Source: a bacterium (lineage in GTDB: Bacteria > SAR324 > JACQKK01). Taken from it: a DNA stretch of 64,000 nt. This document shows positions 1 through 10,028 of this stretch, piece by piece. How positions within the stretch are numbered: the first letter of the stretch is position 1; each line of letters begins with the position of its first letter. The stretch covers positions 1-64,000 of the forward strand of contig OZ251219.1 of assembly GCA_965240465.1 (NCBI GenBank), written 5' to 3'. The notes below the pieces were generated by a model. That model was not told the origin of the DNA and ran no database searches. It saw only the letters and a program-made list of their open reading frames with translations. The translations under genes and the position numbers were made by a program.

Positions 1-367
1 GTCCATCATAATAATTAACACCTAGAAAATCTAAGCCCATCTTGGTGTCGCGGCTCATTGTGAAAGTAGTGTTGCGGAACAACAGATCTACCTCACCCGA
101 CTGTAAAGCAGTAAAGCGATTCTTCGCAGTCAAAGGTATAATCTGCACTTTCACTCCGATAGCTGCTGCCACAGCACGACAAAAATCTACATCAAAACCT
201 TGACGCATACCTTTCTTGTCGGCGGAAGAAAATCCGGGCAAAAAATCCGACACCCCGCACTTTAAGCCTCGCTTTTTGATGTTTTTAATCTTGCTACCAG
301 CATTAGCAACTCCAGAACCGTACCAAAGCAGTACCAAAGACACCGATAATAAAATAATCTTTCTCAT
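1..367 (-). CDS. Amino-acid ABC transporter substrate-binding protein (AapJ/BztA-like), runs off the window edge
   Basis: Not in ORF track; manual translation MRKIILLSVSLVLLW...LKCGVSDFLPGFS...GFDVDFCRAVAAAI...RFTALQSGEVDLLFRNTTFTMSRD...VNYYDG. Confidence 0.85.
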   Translation of the reverse strand, partial: MRKIILLSVSLVLLWYGSGVANAGSKIKNIKKRGLKCGVSDFLPGFSSADKKGMRQGFDVDFCRAVAAAIGVKVQIIPLTAKNRFTALQSGEVDLLFRNTTFTMSRDTKMGLDFLGVNYYDG

Positions 368-580
368 AATCACAAACCTTTCCACAAAGAAACCGAACCA
401 GGGCTGTTAGCCTCAGTCCTCTAAACACCCCTCCCTATTGCTCTACTAAATTAAAAAATTATTTGCAACTATTTTTTATCTAAATAAACAGGCAGATTTT
501 GTACCAGCAACCAAATGGCAACTTAAATAGAATTAAAGATAAAATGCATCACGCGGTAGCCCAGTTTTTAGATACTAAAG

Positions 581-2053
581 CTAAGGGAATTGGCGAAGGA
601 TGATAATCGGTTTTTTGGGGTTATCAGTGCTTGGTTTTTCTTGAGGATTATCTTTTTTACTAATTTTCCGATGCAGATATTCGAGATACATTGTATTTAT
701 CCAGTGGCTGTGATCGGTGGATAGTGGTTCTACCAACAAGTAGGAATGATTGTTTCGCAGTCTGGAATGTTGGTGTTTTAGGGGAGGTACCGTAATATCT
801 GTTGTTCCCTGCCGAATATTTTGGATAATATATTCTTCCTGTCCCTTCCATTCTTTTTTCAGCAGAGGGGCTTGTTCAATTTGATAGCGAAGTCGGCGAA
901 AATCCTGTGACGACAGCATAAGCACAGCCAACACCAAAATTGAGGCTGGTAACCAAGTTTCCATTCGTTTGCGAAGTCCTGCTAACAAGCCTTGGTTAGC
1001 AGACAATACTAGCAAGAACAAGCCTATAAGACTAACAGCCACCAGCACACTACTTACTCTTCCTACAATTGCCCCCACTCCCCAGCGAGCAGGAAGAGCT
1101 GCCAGCATAGGTAACAACAGCCAAACCTTCCAACCTAATCTAGTGGAAATCTTCGGTAACCGCGGGTTGTCTATCTTTAACCACAAGGCAATGTATCCCA
1201 ACAACAGTAGATTAACTGCCCTACCAAATATGGAAACATGGGCGTAAAAAGTAGATTTCAAACTGGCAGGAAATAGCGAAATCCAATCTCCTAACTCGCG
1301 CTCATGGATGCCCATCCGATGCAAATTGCCCGGAGAACCTACCACCAATAAAGCACCCAACATAGCAACTCCCAGTGCATAGCCCTCCAACCATAAAGAA
1401 CCACACCGTAAAGAATCATCTGCCAATCGCCTATTGTACCAAGCCGCTACCCATATCAACGCATAGCAAACTACTTGAATAAACATTATGGACTCATTAC
1501 AACCCGCCGCCAATAACACAAACATACCTTGCAGTACCACCCATACCCACCTATATCCCTTAGAACTTCCAGCTCTAAAAAAGGATGCTAACCCCAATAA
1601 TAAAAACTCTATCCCCAATAAATATGTATTAGCTGATGACCCCCAATATAATATATCCCCTAAGTCATACTCCGCAAAAGCACTCAGGCTAACATGCAAC
1701 ATCCCCAATCCAAATAAAAACAACCGCACTAATGAACTCCCTCGCTCACTCAAAGACCAAAATAATGCCGTCCACCCCAACCATAAAGCCAATAAATGAC
1801 CCCAAACTACCAAACTTAAATTCAACTGCCCTAAACTTCCATAGGAAATTAAATTAAACAGCGTCTGAGTGTATCGCCCTCCCCAATCACTGTACTCATA
1901 TAACATCCCCTCTAATAAGCCGTAATCATTGCTCATAACATAAAAACGAAAATCATCCGCAAAAGGCAAGGCATACCCCCCCAGCCAAATATATGGCAAC
2001 AACATCAACCCCAATAACCCCCACAAACCCCACTCAGATTTCTTAAGGGACAT
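581..2053 (-). CDS. Multi-pass membrane protein, DUF6056/GT-C-like glycosyltransferase
   Basis: N-terminal TM followed by PFADDF and WGGRY motifs, many TM helices, SPGN-x-x-R motif, C-terminal DHSHWIN. Confidence 0.6.
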   Translation of the reverse strand: MSLKKSEWGLWGLLGLMLLPYIWLGGYALPFADDFRFYVMSNDYGLLEGMLYEYSDWGGRYTQTLFNLISYGSLGQLNLSLVVWGHLLALWLGWTALFWSLSERGSSLVRLFLFGLGMLHVSLSAFAEYDLGDILYWGSSANTYLLGIEFLLLGLASFFRAGSSKGYRWVWVVLQGMFVLLAAGCNESIMFIQVVCYALIWVAAWYNRRLADDSLRCGSLWLEGYALGVAMLGALLVVGSPGNLHRMGIHERELGDWISLFPASLKSTFYAHVSIFGRAVNLLLLGYIALWLKIDNPRLPKISTRLGWKVWLLLPMLAALPARWGVGAIVGRVSSVLVAVSLIGLFLLVLSANQGLLAGLRKRMETWLPASILVLAVLMLSSQDFRRLRYQIEQAPLLKKEWKGQEEYIIQNIRQGTTDITVPPLKHQHSRLRNNHSYLLVEPLSTDHSHWINTMYLEYLHRKISKKDNPQEKPSTDNPKKPIIILRQFP

Positions 2054-2442
2054 CTCTATGAGTAAGCAAAAATTTACCGAATTACGCTAATCTATGACCC
2101 GATAACTCTTCTAGCTATCTTCCGCCTCAGCCTCAGCAAAGACCATATGCAAAAGGTAGTGTAAAAACCCAATAAAACGCAACAAAGAAAATATACCATT
2201 AGGACGTAATTTACCTGATCGGGTAGCTCTAGCATCAAGATCCTGTTTTATAAAGTACAAACAACCATGGCTCTCCATGCCATTCTACCTATGAGAATAA
2301 AAGCTTAGCCATCGTTTTATCAAATTCAACCTATAAACCCAATCACTACGGGCGAGCTTGCTTACTTTCCTGCTGTTATGATAATCAAACACCGATGGTG
2401 CTTATCATAGTTAGAGTATATAGGTTTCATAACTCTAGCCAC

Positions 2443-2517
<75 letters not shown>

Positions 2518-2521
2518 CTAC

Positions 2522-3340
2522 TCATTGTCTTACCAGCTTGTGGATTTCTTGCAGCCTTTTAAGCAATGGAGGCAAAGAGCTGAAGGGCAACATATTGGGA
2601 CCATCACAGAGGGCATTTTGGGGGGTTTCATGGGTTTCCATAAATATTCCATCAGCACCTGCTGCTACCGCGGCTCGGGCGATGGTTGCTACGAATTGCC
2701 TCTCGCCACCCGATTGCCCCTTGCTGCCAGAAGGTTGCTGTACCGCGTGAGTAGCATCTATCACCACTGGAAAGCCAAATTCCTGCATTATGCTGAACCC
2801 ACGCATATCCACTACCAAGTTGTTATACCCGAACATGTAGCCTCGCTCGGTGATAATGATCTTCTCATTGCCTGTGGAAGCCATTTTCTCTACCGCATAA
2901 GCAGCATCGCGAGGAGAAATAAATTGCCCCTTCTTCCAATTGATCACCTTCCCAGTACGAGCAACTTCCACCAAAAAATCCGTTTGACGTGCCAAAAAAG
3001 CGGGAATCTGCAAGATATCTAACAGTTCGGCTGCTGGTTCAATCTCTTCAAAACGATGAACGTCTGATAGCAATGGTAATCCCGTTTGCTGACGAATGTT
3101 TTGGAATATCTCGCGTGCTGATGCTAATCCTGGTCCCCGAAAGCTTTCTAAAGAAGTGCGGTTGGCTTTATCATAAGAGACCTTGAAGGCAAAGGGTAGT
3201 TGCAATTCGCCACATATTTGCTTTAGTCGCTGGGCAAATGCCAGCGTTTGTCCAGGATGCACGGAGTCCTCTATGACATCGGGGCCTAATATGCCAAAAA
3301 ACGGCAACGACTTATTCTTAAGGCTGGGTAGGTCAAACAT
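2522..3340 (-). CDS. kdsA: KDO8P synthase
   Basis: FKVSYDKANRTS, QIPAFLARQT, KKGQF, ERGYMFGYNNLVVD, DATHAVQ, CDGPN. Confidence 0.95.
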   Translation of the reverse strand: MFDLPSLKNKSLPFFGILGPDVIEDSVHPGQTLAFAQRLKQICGELQLPFAFKVSYDKANRTSLESFRGPGLASAREIFQNIRQQTGLPLLSDVHRFEEIEPAAELLDILQIPAFLARQTDFLVEVARTGKVINWKKGQFISPRDAAYAVEKMASTGNEKIIITERGYMFGYNNLVVDMRGFSIMQEFGFPVVIDATHAVQQPSGSKGQSGGERQFVATIARAAVAAGADGIFMETHETPQNALCDGPNMLPFSSLPPLLKRLQEIHKLVRQ

Positions 3341-3378
3341 GGGTCTCTTTTCAGCTTGCGTGCTATAGTATAGGGATT

Positions 3379-4371
3379 ATGAGTAGGATTTATCAACAGA
3401 ACAAGGAAAAGATAAAATCCCTAGTGTGTAAAGCCCTAGAAGTGGAATACGCTGGAATTGAAGCCCTGATAAATCGCTTGGATGATGCAGTAGTAGAAGC
3501 GGTCAAGCTGATACTTGATTGTCAAGGCAAGGTTGCCGTACTGGGAATGGGAAAATCTGGTCATATTGGACGCAAAATAGCTTCTACCCTAGCTAGTACT
3601 GGCACTCCTGCTTTTTTTTTGCACCCATCAGAAGCCCTGCATGGAGACCTCGGTTCGCTAACCCGTAGTGATGTTGCCCTAATTCTTTCGCACTCGGGAC
3701 AGACCGAAGAAATATTGCGACTACTGGGGCAAATTAAACGAATGGGTATTCCCTTCATCGCAATGACGGGCAATCCCGAGTCCGAACTAGCCAGAAAAGC
3801 CAACCTTCATTTGGATATCTCCGTACCTGAAGAAGCATGTCCGCTCAATTTAGCACCTACAGCCAGCACCACGGCTACTCTTGCCCTAGGCGATGCTCTG
3901 GCTGTTTGTCTGCTGGAAATAAAGGGCTTTCAGCCCCAAGACTTCGCTAGACTGCACCCTGGAGGCAATCTGGGAAAGCAGCTGGTCACCACCGTAGCAG
4001 ACATCATGGATACCGAGTACATCCCCCAAGTTTCCGAACAAACTTCCGTGCAGGATTCCGTATCAGAAATCCACCGCGGTCATTATGGCATCACTGCCAT
4101 AACCGATGCCAAGGGGCAGCTTTTAGGAGCGTTTTCATTGGGCGATTTACTAAGGCTTCATCACTCGCAACCTAAGCTACGGTTTTTAACCGAGCCCATC
4201 GCCCGACACCTGAACCGAAATCCTCAGAGAATCAACTCTAATGCTCTGGTAGCAGAAGCTCTATTTCTGATGGAAACCAAGCATATTCGCTGTGTATTTG
4301 TTTGCGACTCAGGGCAGAAACTACAGGGCATGCTGGGAATTTATGAATCACTCAAAGCAATTGACTATTAA
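3379..4371 (+). CDS. kdsD: Arabinose-5-phosphate isomerase (KpsF/GutQ, SIS+CBS)
   Basis: GMGKSGHIGRKIASTLASTGTP, EALHGDLG, EACPLNLAPTASTT, FARLHPGG. Confidence 0.93.
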   Translation: MSRIYQQNKEKIKSLVCKALEVEYAGIEALINRLDDAVVEAVKLILDCQGKVAVLGMGKSGHIGRKIASTLASTGTPAFFLHPSEALHGDLGSLTRSDVALILSHSGQTEEILRLLGQIKRMGIPFIAMTGNPESELARKANLHLDISVPEEACPLNLAPTASTTATLALGDALAVCLLEIKGFQPQDFARLHPGGNLGKQLVTTVADIMDTEYIPQVSEQTSVQDSVSEIHRGHYGITAITDAKGQLLGAFSLGDLLRLHHSQPKLRFLTEPIARHLNRNPQRINSNALVAEALFLMETKHIRCVFVCDSGQKLQGMLGIYESLKAIDY

Positions 4372-4401
4372 GCCAGCGATTGACTATTAAGCCAGCAATT
4401 G
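4357..4401. repeat. 19-bp tandem duplication containing the stop codons of both convergent genes
   Basis: gcaattgactattaagcca / gcgattgactattaagcca / gcaattg. Confidence 0.9.
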
Positions 4402-5025
4402 TTGAATAAGCTTATCCAGGTCCCTAATAAATTGCTCTATAGTGGTTCGGGCTTGGATTTTAATGCTTTTCTCCAAGACAATGGTGGGAGTACCCCTGAT
4501 CTTGGATTTGAGGGCCAATTGCTCAACATCAGCCAGCTTTTTATTTATCCAGTTGGAGTGGCGATCTTTGTTATAGGCGGATCTTAGTCCCAGTTCACCA
4601 GCGATTTGCTGTATCACTTGTGGACTGTTGATATTTAATTTCTGTACAAAGGTGGCTTTGAAGAGAGCATCAGCAGCTAAATTGCCTTTTCCTTTTTTCT
4701 CTGCAATAAAATAAAGGCGGATCGGGTCTTTGGACTGCCCCCCGAAAGCTAAAGGAATACTGACAAACTTCACTCGCTTGCCATACTTTCTCAGCAATGG
4801 CTTGATGGCACTACGAAAATTATGACAATGTGAACAGGTAAAATTAATGAACTCCACCACCTCCACCCGTTTCAAACTATTAGCCTTCGGAAGCTTGCCA
4901 ACACGCTCATAATCGCCCTTGATGCTAGCAGCCTCTACTGAAAAAGCTAGCACTAGCAACGGCAACAAACAACAAGACACCAGTAACTCACGCCTTAATA
5001 ATAGCTTCTGAAATATTGAATTCAT
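4387..5025 (-). CDS. dsbA: DsbA-family thiol:disulfide oxidoreductase
   Basis: Signal peptide, EFINFTCSHC (CxxC), IRGTPT cis-Pro loop. Confidence 0.8.
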   Translation of the reverse strand: MNSIFQKLLLRRELLVSCCLLPLLVLAFSVEAASIKGDYERVGKLPKANSLKRVEVVEFINFTCSHCHNFRSAIKPLLRKYGKRVKFVSIPLAFGGQSKDPIRLYFIAEKKGKGNLAADALFKATFVQKLNINSPQVIQQIAGELGLRSAYNKDRHSNWINKKLADVEQLALKSKIRGTPTIVLEKSIKIQARTTIEQFIRDLDKLIQQLLA

Positions 5026-5118
5026 GTTCGCCTTAAGAACAACAATGATGAATTATGGTGAAAACATTCACCAAAACAACACCAGTACTCCAACACATAT
5101 CAGCAAGCTAAGGCAAGA

Positions 5119-6150
5119 ATGAAACCTACCAAACTTAATCTAAAAAAAGTAAAAGCAGTAGCTTTGGATGCCTCGGGAATGGATGATTCCGCCGATATCC
5201 AAGCCCAATATGCCGAAGTGATTTGGCTCTTGTTATTGAGAAACTACCAAGTCTATCTTTTCTCTGCCAAAAAAGATGGCCTCAATAAAGAAGATTTTTA
5301 TCATCCCAGATTGCAGTTTTTGCCTCAGATGCCACCGCCGCTCCCTAAAGATCCTCTCCTCAACGACTCACATTGCCTCTGGGTGACTAATCATCCCTCG
5401 CTAGAACGCTGGCTTGATACACATAACCGCTTCCGAATACACCTCGGTAGCAAAACACAACCCGATATCGCACGCATTGCCTCTCTAGATGAACTCAGCC
5501 TCGCCCTTGATCCCTTGACGCACAAGCTAGATGAAATCATCAGCACTATTGGGGAACTCAAAAAAAAATTCCCCCAGCGTGCCATCACTGTGGGAATTGG
5601 TGCTCCCCCTCGCAGTAACATCCAAGACTTTATCTTCATCCTCAAATCTGCCCTGCAGGATGCTAATTTACCCATCGTAGACACCCTTGATATATCATCC
5701 ATTACCCCCACTACCGAGGCATGCCCAACGCTCCCCAAGAATGCCCCATGGCAATCACCAAAAGCAGGACGATGGTTAATCAAAAACATGCTGCAACCGC
5801 TTCGGCAAGGACATGCCGTCCTGATAAAAGAAATACCTTCCGACCTCCTCCTTACAGATATTAAACCCCCTATCTACTTACACACCGAAACCATCTTGTT
5901 GCTCCATGCAGAAATGCTCTTCGTTCAACCCCTCCAACCATGGCTAGATGCCCACCTCCTCTTGGAACTCCCCACAGAAGAACAAACCCGCCGCGCCTAT
6001 GAAATCCCACCCTATCAATCCTTTGACCCAAAATTTACCCAGCAATTCCTAAAGTCAGAAGGTGCTTATTACCAAAACTACCTCCAGCATCACCGAGTAC
6101 AAAAACTTCAGCCGATTTCCATCAATTTCTTACCCGACAACCAGCCCTAA
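5119..6150 (+). CDS. Hypothetical protein; HAD-like N-terminus plus degenerate uridine-kinase-like domain
   Basis: KVKAVALD start; ITVGIGAPPRS, LLLHAEMLF, LDAHLLLEL...RRA resemble a nucleoside kinase fold without the GKT. Confidence 0.4.
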   Translation: MKPTKLNLKKVKAVALDASGMDDSADIQAQYAEVIWLLLLRNYQVYLFSAKKDGLNKEDFYHPRLQFLPQMPPPLPKDPLLNDSHCLWVTNHPSLERWLDTHNRFRIHLGSKTQPDIARIASLDELSLALDPLTHKLDEIISTIGELKKKFPQRAITVGIGAPPRSNIQDFIFILKSALQDANLPIVDTLDISSITPTTEACPTLPKNAPWQSPKAGRWLIKNMLQPLRQGHAVLIKEIPSDLLLTDIKPPIYLHTETILLLHAEMLFVQPLQPWLDAHLLLELPTEEQTRRAYEIPPYQSFDPKFTQQFLKSEGAYYQNYLQHHRVQKLQPISINFLPDNQP

Positions 6151-6206
6151 TTCCAGCCCTATTCCAGCCCTATTCCAGCCCTATTCCAGCCCTATTCCAG
6201 CCCTAA
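6141..6206. repeat. About 6 copies of an 11-12 bp unit (ccagccctatt) between convergent genes
   Basis: Directly visible; first copy carries the TAA of 5119..6150. Confidence 0.9.
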
Positions 6207-7407
6207 TTATCGCAAAATAGGATATTCACTGTCGCTGCCGAAATCCCAATCGTTAGCGTCCCAGCCATCATAATTTCCATTATCGCAAACAGGATTGCTA
6301 GGGTCATTGGCGTTCCAAGTTCCACCCACGGAAGTACAATCTCCAGAACTGGAGGGAACTACCTCAGTTTGTGCTTTTAGATGAACCTCTGACTTGGCAG
6401 TACCCTTTATGTTTTTTGTCTCGCCTGCCAGAGTGGCACTGTCGTTGTAGTAACTAGCAGTTGTAACACCACTGATGTTGCTTCCTACCAAACCACCTAC
6501 CTTGTCCATCCCGCCATTGCCGTCAACAGCACCACTGGAATAGCTCTTCCCAATAGAGCCATGACGGTAGATCCCATACTGTAACCACCAATTACGCCCC
6601 ACCAATCCGCCTACCTCATCATCGCCTTCACCACCGCTGACCGCACCACTGGAATAGCCGTTTCTGATACTGCTGGCAGACCGCCCTATCAATCCACCCA
6701 CCAGATCATCACCAGCACCACCACCAACAGCAGCTCCACTGGCAGAACTCTTTTGCAACACACCACCATAAGATTCTCCTATCAATCCACCCACCGAGTC
6801 ATTACCAGCACCACCACCGACAACACCACTGGCAGAACTGTTGTGCAAATGACCTATATCTACATACCCCACCAGCCCGCCTATAAGATCATTTCCATTC
6901 CCACCATTAACAATGCCGCTGGCAGAACTGTTTCCAATGGTACCATGATAAGAGTATCCGATCAGTCCACCAACTAAGCTATAGCCATTCCCTGAGGTTA
7001 TTTCTAGGTTGGAAGATACATTATCAACATTGCTATTAGTCTCCATTTCACCAGCCAGGGCACCAATTGGGATGTAACTAACTGTACTAGTGAATGACTA
7101 TATAATCAACATCTTCTGTGGCTGCATTGGATGCTGTACCAGTAGCAGTTGAATATTCAAAGCTAACACTTTCACCTTTAGCAACTGTTCTGTTTAGCCG
7201 TACTACAAAATTGAAATCTATATTTCCAGAATCCCCTTCTGCAAGGGATATATCCGAGAATGCCACTATTGTCAGAGAACCATTTGCTTTCGCGCTGCTA
7301 CCGCCAGAACTTACTCCGCTGTTACTACCTCCTCTGCAAGTACTCAGCAACAGAGCCACCAGTAGCAGAGCTACGCTGCGAAGCGATAAAACAATTATGT
7401 TGTTCAT
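6207..7407 (-). pseudogene. Split surface lipoprotein: signal/lipobox plus truncated Calx-beta-like domain (7087..7407), out of frame with GLUG-repeat C-terminus (6207..~7095)
   Basis: LLLSTC lipobox; SLAEGDSG...FVVRL...FEYSTATGTAS...DY; repeated VGGL(I/V)G; C-terminal WDFG..EYPIL; frame break near 7095. Confidence 0.65.
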
Positions 7408-7525
7408 GCGAATGCCCTCCTTCAAGTCTTAGACAAAGCTTACTGAAGTATTGTCATGGTAGTACCATTATATAATAAATCCAGTGGTATGTTACAAAAT
7501 AAGTGCTGGTGATAACTGACATAGC

Positions 7526-8479
7526 TTGTTGAAAGGTGAAATGCGAGACTTATTTCTAGAAAAATTACCAGATGTTTTTCATCATTTTACCCGCAAAGAT
7601 TGGGCGTATTTTGGCAATCAGGGAACCTTGCAGCTCTCAAAACAAGAGCTAGTAAGCCTGAGTGGTCTAGGAGAACCAATTTCTTTGGATGCGGTATCCG
7701 AGGTATATGTTTCTCTATGTCGCCTTATAAATCTTCATATTCAGGCTAGAAAGAATATCCTGCACGCTTCACAGTTCTTTATGCCTAAGCACCACGCCAA
7801 AATCCCTTTTGTTATCGGGATCGCTGGCAGTGTAGCAGTAGGCAAGAGCACCATTGCTAGAGTACTGAAAACACTCCTTTCACGAGGAGAATCTAAGCCT
7901 AAAGTCAGTCTTATTCCCACTGATGGCTTTCTTCTTCCCAACGCTGAACTAAAAAAACTAAACCTCATGGAATGTAAGGGATTCCCCGAAAGCTATCGGC
8001 TTCGCTCACTGTTAAATTTTCTGGCAACCATCAAAGCTGGTAAGCCCTCGCAAGCTCCTGTCTACTCCCATCTCCTTTACGATATAATCCCCAAGCAATT
8101 TAACAAAATAGTGCAACCAGATATTCTTATCGTAGAAGGACTCAATCTTTTACAAATCCCCCCGCAAAAAAACCCTTCAGTCTCTGACTTCATTGACTTT
8201 TCCATATACGTCCACGCTCAACCCCGTCTGATAGAAACATGGTACTGCCAGCGTTTCTTGAAACTCCTAAGCACAACCTTCCAAGACCCCTCTTCCTACT
8301 TCCACGAATATGTCCAACTCTCTCAAAAAAAAGCCTTCCAAGAGGGAAAACGCATCTGGAAAAACATTAATCTCGTTAACCTTATTGAAAATATCCATCC
8401 CACCATGCAACGTGCCAACCTCATCTTAGAAAAAAGACAGCAACACGTCATCAGCCACATCCACCTCCGTAAGCTCTAA
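7526..8479 (+). CDS. coaA: Type I pantothenate kinase
   Basis: IGIAGSVAVGKST, TDGFL, KGFPESY, APVYSHLLYDI, ILIVEGLN. Confidence 0.95.
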   Translation: MLKGEMRDLFLEKLPDVFHHFTRKDWAYFGNQGTLQLSKQELVSLSGLGEPISLDAVSEVYVSLCRLINLHIQARKNILHASQFFMPKHHAKIPFVIGIAGSVAVGKSTIARVLKTLLSRGESKPKVSLIPTDGFLLPNAELKKLNLMECKGFPESYRLRSLLNFLATIKAGKPSQAPVYSHLLYDIIPKQFNKIVQPDILIVEGLNLLQIPPQKNPSVSDFIDFSIYVHAQPRLIETWYCQRFLKLLSTTFQDPSSYFHEYVQLSQKKAFQEGKRIWKNINLVNLIENIHPTMQRANLILEKRQQHVISHIHLRKL

Positions 8480-8516
8480 TGCATCGCCCAATAAGCACTG
8501 CCCAATAAGCACTGCC

Positions 8517-9986
8517 TTAACCTTCATAGGCGGGCAAGCCATATTTCTCAGGACATACAAGGTGATTATCGTTAAAGGCACGGGCATAATAAGAGTATCC
8601 TTCTGGTATCTTCATATCATCCAGAATTAAGCAGGCACTTTTAGCTAAAACTAATTCTTCAATATCTTCGTCAATGCTAGCAACGCGGGGTTTAACTGGA
8701 GACACATATCGGGTAGGTGAATTAATTTTTGCTAAAAAGATGCTCCCCGCAAAACCGTAGACCAGAGGTTGAACAGCAATCCCTTTTTCCCTTAGTGGCT
8801 TAAGAGCTCTTAAAAACCGATGCCTATCTGAGTCCGACAAGTTGTAGCCATCTTTAATCACTTTGGTATAATTATTTTCTACATGATGAAATGAAATTTG
8901 AAAGCAAATTATAGCAATAATAAACGCAATGGTGGGTCTATAAGACATCCACTGGTTAAGAGGCAATATCTTCTTCTTAGGCATACCAATAAACAATGCT
9001 AGGGTAGCTAGGCTCGCTAGTCCAACCAGAGAATAATGTCCATAACCGTTACCGCTGATAGTTGCAAAAAGAATGTCTGTCCCAAATATCAGTAAAAGTA
9101 TCTGTGTTAATGGTTGGCGAAATCCTTGGAAAGATCTTAATCCGCCTGTAACATGAAAAATAAGAGCTAATGATAAAGGACTTCTAAGAATAATTTTTAA
9201 GTTGTGAAACACCCCATCAATTCTTTTTTCTATTCCGATGTAAGACGTGTATTGCAGATTGTATTGTACGTATGTTTTCCAAAGTTCATGAAGATACCCA
9301 TTAACGTACGCATGAAGTAAAAAACTTCCCACCACAGCAAAGAAACAAGCTGTAGTGGCTAAAGCAGCCATTAGGACGGAGCGGTATCCAGAATGTTTGA
9401 ATGCCTGTACTAATAGAATTACAAATAGGATAAAACAACCTCCCCCATTGTTAATACGGGTGGTTACTGCCACACCACCAGCTACTCCTAGCAAAACAGC
9501 AGTGGTGATTAATAAAGAAAGTGAATCTTTATTTCCGTACCATAAACAATAGTAGCAATATCCCAGTAACTGAAGCGGGAATATCCAGCTCTCAGTCAAG
9601 TTTCCTCCTTGGAAAAGCAACAGGTAACTGGAGACTATAAGGAGCAATAGCAGGGAATGACCCCACTTATAAGCACTTTTTGGAGCTAGCTTTAATGCCC
9701 ATAATAAGGCAGTGATGGTTAACAATGATTCCAACATAATAACTCCCCATGCCTCATTTCCAGATATAAGCAATCCCCAAGCATTAAGATAGAAAAGCAA
9801 AGGTCCCTTGTGATCCCAGATATCTATGTACGGCAAGCCTCCTGTATTAATCACCCAGCCAGCATGCATAAAAATGCCTGAATCCCAGATGACCACCATG
9901 CTAGCTAATACTCCTAAAAAAGGAAGCGTGACTATCAGCAAATTCACCAAACTCGGGATCGCTACATATTTTTTGTACTTAAACAT
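8517..9986 (-). CDS. GT-C (ArnT/PMT-like) membrane glycosyltransferase, copy 1
   Basis: DSGIF...G...GGLPYIDIWDHKGP, GGNLTE, GYGHY; many TM helices; start placed at ATG aligning with copy 2. Confidence 0.75.
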   Translation of the reverse strand: MFKYKKYVAIPSLVNLLIVTLPFLGVLASMVVIWDSGIFMHAGWVINTGGLPYIDIWDHKGPLLFYLNAWGLLISGNEAWGVIMLESLLTITALLWALKLAPKSAYKWGHSLLLLLIVSSYLLLFQGGNLTESWIFPLQLLGYCYYCLWYGNKDSLSLLITTAVLLGVAGGVAVTTRINNGGGCFILFVILLVQAFKHSGYRSVLMAALATTACFFAVVGSFLLHAYVNGYLHELWKTYVQYNLQYTSYIGIEKRIDGVFHNLKIILRSPLSLALIFHVTGGLRSFQGFRQPLTQILLLIFGTDILFATISGNGYGHYSLVGLASLATLALFIGMPKKKILPLNQWMSYRPTIAFIIAIICFQISFHHVENNYTKVIKDGYNLSDSDRHRFLRALKPLREKGIAVQPLVYGFAGSIFLAKINSPTRYVSPVKPRVASIDEDIEELVLAKSACLILDDMKIPEGYSYYARAFNDNHLVCPEKYGLPAYEG

Positions 9987-10028
9987 GCTTATTTTCTTCT
10001 TCAATAACAATTATTTATGAACATTACC

